A DNA stretch of 64,000 bases, from assembly GCA_002269645.1 (NCBI GenBank), contig NIVC01000082.1, positions 186,001-250,000 of the forward strand. Direction: 5' to 3'. Positions 59,961 to 64,000 of this stretch are shown here, in pieces. The translations under genes were made by a program, and so were the position numbers. This stretch comes from Macrostomum lignano. Taxonomy: Eukaryota. The first letter of the stretch is position 1. Every line of letters starts with the position of its first letter. A model generated the notes under the pieces. It saw nothing but the letters and a program-made list of their open reading frames with translations. It had not been told where the DNA came from and did no database searches.

Positions 59961-62900
59961 CAGTCAGTGTTCACTTATCAGTTTACCGACTTTTCTACCC
60001 CTCTAAGCCATCCAGCCACCACCCCTACGGCCCTCCCCCGTTGCCGTTTGTTATCTTGCACACGTTTCGGTTTTTAACTTAAAACACATCCTTTGACTAG
60101 CTATTATTGGCAGACTTGCTATGCTACTAGTAGTGTATAGATAAAGATAATGAGCTAGTAGTAATCTTGCCGCGTGACCGTTGGATCGATCGTAAATTTT
60201 GTTTTGGCAAACGCTTTCCCTCTGTGAATAAATATGCTACACCCGTAAAAATCAATCTTTTGGGTGTTAGGATCGCAATCTATGTAAATTGTTGCCCGAT
60301 AGACCTTAATTTTGACAGGCTACAATTATAAAAAAGTAATGAATGGTTAATGTTTTTGATTACGTGTCTCAAGCTAGCCCTCTTTTCTGTTATGTGTTGT
60401 CTTCTTCCGCTTATTATCAAGCTAAAATTCTTATTAAATTTTCAATATTAATTCTCCACTTGTTTTAAAGCGTTAAATTGAATAATAATTTTTGCTGTTA
60501 GTCAAGTCCGCTTCGGTTAAATCTGATGATCGTACGTTTTTTGTTATAATTTTGCGTAGCTAATTTTTGCGTATTGATTTTTTCATTCTTAATCTTAACT
60601 TTTAAATGTTCGTTTTTCTTTTTTCTGCCCTATACTAAGAATTCCGTAATGATTGAGATAACTTGCTAGGTCTTTGTTGATTAGCGAAGCTAACTACTGC
60701 TCTTAGTAGTTTAGCCATAGTTTCAATTTTAAATAATTTGTTTAAACTAGAATGATTAATTTATATAATTTAAAATATAGAAATATCAACATATTCAAAT
60801 TTCTTCGTTTTATTGTAGTGGCATTCAGATAATTTGCAAATTAACTGATGCTTGATTGCTCTCTCTCTCCTTGGACCACTTGGTTTTGTACTATATAATT
60901 TTTAAAGACTGCATTACATAAAGTCACAAGTAAGAAGTGTCTTATCGTTTTGTTTAACCCCAAAAAATCTGGCAGTAAGCAAAAAATTAAACTGCCGTAA
61001 AGATATATTTACGTTGAAATTAAATATTTAGAATAACACAAAAATTACTAAAAATAGTTTTGTTATTAACCGCTCTGTATAATAAGAAGGTGATTTCAAT
61101 AGTGTGTTAAGCATGGGGTAATAATCATTAACACGTTACCCTGCAGCGCAATGGTAGTAAAATTACAGAACAACAGAAGTCGCGTCTCTAAACAAAATGA
61201 TTACACTAGTCTAACTACTCTACTGACTGCAAGTAGGGTGCACAGCAAATTGTTTAAAAAAGTACTGCAGTCAATATAACACTGATGAGTAGCATATGGA
61301 TACACAAGCGTTAAAAAATTGGTTACACAAGAAAAAATCGCGCTGGTTAAAATAACTTTCTCGAGTCAATCCGTATTATAAAAAGTTACGAGGTACATTG
61401 GAATAGCTAAACTATCACGATTAGCACAAGTGACAAAAACCTAATAATAGTTATTAAAGCCAACAAGAGAATAATCAGAGCCTCATATAGGCATGTTTTA
61501 TTATTAGTAGAAAGGTGAAATGCAGATGGCGGATGGCACGAACAAGCATGTTGCTTTGAAGACGAAGACCGACTTCAAAATGCTCAGTAAATGCACGATA
61601 TTGAGAGAGCGAGAGAAAGAAAGAAATTTTAAATCGAATGCCGATACGTTAATAAGTTTGTCGAAGGAATTTTTATGATCCAAAATTATCCGGTGATAGA
61701 GTTATTGGAAATAGAGACAGAAAAGGTTATAAGGAGGTTGAGAACCGACAAAACTGTATAGTAAACGCACAACAAGGCCTCATAAAGTAAATAATTAGAA
61801 AGCTATGTAAATCGAGAATCTTTTCTTTTGTTTTCATAAGGATGAGTGAGTTTCCTTTGTCAAAATCTACAGGTTGCACCTTAAAATTTTGGATATTAAA
61901 AAACCTGTTTTACAAAGAAAAAACTATACGACCGTAAAATGGTAAAGCCGGTCGATATTTCCTAGAATCAAATGAAGCATTAAAACAAAAACCTAAAAAA
62001 TTAATTTAGCTTCTAGAAATTTACAATGCACAAAAATATAAATATTGACTATGGGAGAACAAAACACTGCAGTTTAGTGAATAAAATATAGGTTTCAATA
62101 CTGCCCTGGGGAATGCTTGTCTTAATAACAAAAAAATTAACCCTGCATTCGACACTTAGCTAAGTAACAATTGTTTCCAAAAACGATGCATACGGTACAT
62201 AAATTTTATTACAATTTATGCGCCAGAATGATAATTGACGAGTAGCCCAGAGTGCTTGACGAAAGATTGTATTTTAAAGAGAAAAAAATTAAACCGAAAG
62301 TATATTATATAATAGCCGAGACCGAGCGTAGTATTAAATTACATTAAATTTTGTAATTATAATGCAACAAATAAAAAAGTTAGAATTACATAGTTACATG
62401 TATATTGAATCCATGCAAACCCATAAAAATCCACTTATACGCTTGTAATTTTACGAAACAAGCATTGTTATAAACAGTTTTTACAAGTGAATGTTTGTGC
62501 AAATCAGTTGAGTTGGAGAACTAAAGTGCGTAAGGGGTGGTCTAACGTGTCTAACATTATTTTTTGTCTGCATTTAATATTTGGGCTGGTGTTTTTTTAG
62601 AATAATTTGCCTAGCTATATACTCGTTCATTGTGAAACATTCTACCATAATATTTTGCGATTTGTGGTTGACTAAAGTACATCAGTGACTATTTGTATTT
62701 TCATAATACCATCGATAGAGGATTAATAGTTGTCACATATTACATTGGAATTCGATAGTCCAAAACTGCAAAATTTTTAATTAGAAAAGCTATTGTTAGT
62801 TTTAAAAACGTAAACTATAATTACGTTAGTTTAATTTTATGGCCACCAAACGATGAGACGAGTTAATAAACAGGGTAGTTATAATAACGACATTACAAAT

Positions 62901-63820
62901 TTCTTTGTCCCAAATTTTTCATATTAACGGTAAAGACAGAATACACCTATAATATTCATTGATGTACAAAAAATCTGAATAAATTGTAACGCTACGCAAA
63001 AAAACAAAAAGGCTAGCAAAACACGCAGATCAGAACGACACCGCTGCTACATGAAATATCTTAAAAAATATGAATCTAAACAAACAAAAATGTTTTTTTC
63101 TGCGTCATGCCACCACCGAAAGTTATTTATTTTTATACTGAAAATTTTCTTTGGCATTTAATTATTTATTCTGTTTATCTAAATTCCGGGTTTAACCACA
63201 AGTTTGTTAAAAATCTATAAATCTACGGATTTTGAAAACGCATAAGTGAATTAATAAATATGGCTATCTAATATATTTGCCAAGTGCTACTTTAAAAAAT
63301 GTCACGCGTTTAAAAAGAATATACTGCTACAAGCAAGCTGTCAATGATGCCTGCAAATTAAAACAAAGATTGGCGTCTGGATATAACAAAATATTTTCTT
63401 TGCTCTACAAAAAACTATGTACAATTGAAAATTGATAAAAAACTAAACTATAACCAAGAAACTAACAAACTAATTTTAATAATACGTGCTATAAATATAT
63501 TGAAAACGAGCTATGTCACGCTAAATCAGTGTTTAAAATGGTTGACATCACCGCAAAACGGAGAAAAACAAAAAAAAACGCCGAACCGCGAGATTAACAA
63601 CAGTTAGAATTTAAAGACGAATAAACATTGCAAACTATTCTTCGAAAGAAATAAATATGCTATAAAATATAGCATTAATTTGCGGTTTATAAAATAAAAC
63701 GCTAACCAAGAATAATCAACGAATTTGTTAAAAAATAGGCCTTGCACATCACTAATTTGTTTTTCTATCCATTGCACGGTGTCGCTGTTCATACGCGCGC
63801 ATGTAGAAATCGTGATTAAA

Positions 63821-64000
63821 TTAGGAAATTTCCAACTGCTCGCTCTGCTCAGCCTTGGCCTTGTCCTGCTGTTCGACTTTGTCTGACTGGACAGACTGTT
63901 GATTAATCTGCTGCTCTTTCATCTGCAGAGAATCGCGACTGAACACGAATCGATTATTCACGCTATTGTTGAGACTGGCGCTCTCGCTGGCGCCTGGATT
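63821..64000 (-). CDS. Terminal coding segment of an unidentified gene extending beyond the window
   Basis: Open frame from the window edge, NPGASESASLNNSVNNRFVFSRDSLQMKEQQINQQ...EQLEIS*, stop at 63823-63821. GC-rich relative to its AT-rich flank. Confidence 0.55.
   Translation of the reverse strand, partial: NPGASESASLNNSVNNRFVFSRDSLQMKEQQINQQSVQSDKVEQQDKAKAEQSEQLEIS

Overview
Eukaryotic (metazoan) genomic DNA: GC-rich spliced exons separated by AT-rich DNA and introns filled with mini- and microsatellites. The style suggests a free-living flatworm such as Macrostomum, but that is inference only. Genes reconstructed by hand from GT-AG junctions and reading phase: 3' part of a TSNAXIP1-like gene (+); an uncharacterised helical/coiled-coil locus (-, 8.8-15.5 kb, possibly two genes); HAX1-like (-); Homer (-); ornithine decarboxylase antizyme (-); the complete 13-exon AP-2 alpha-adaptin gene (+, 988 aa); and the last exon of a gene running off the right edge (-). 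Mobile elements: a degenerate RTE-type LINE, a Ty3/Gypsy pol fragment, a mariner transposase fragment, a 1.37-kb long-TIR MITE with an 8-bp TSD, a tRNA-derived SINE with a CORE(MIR)-like domain, and a degenerate Neptune-type Penelope-like element inside an AP2A intron. The most notable hidden feature is the antizyme recoding signal, which the ORF track does not show. It consists of a 26-codon ORF1 ending at UUU-UGA-U, a +1 ORF2, and a well-paired H-type RNA pseudoknot starting 3 nt after the stop. No CRISPR array, rRNA or intact tRNA gene was found. Most long ORFs in the track are artefacts of tandem repeats.
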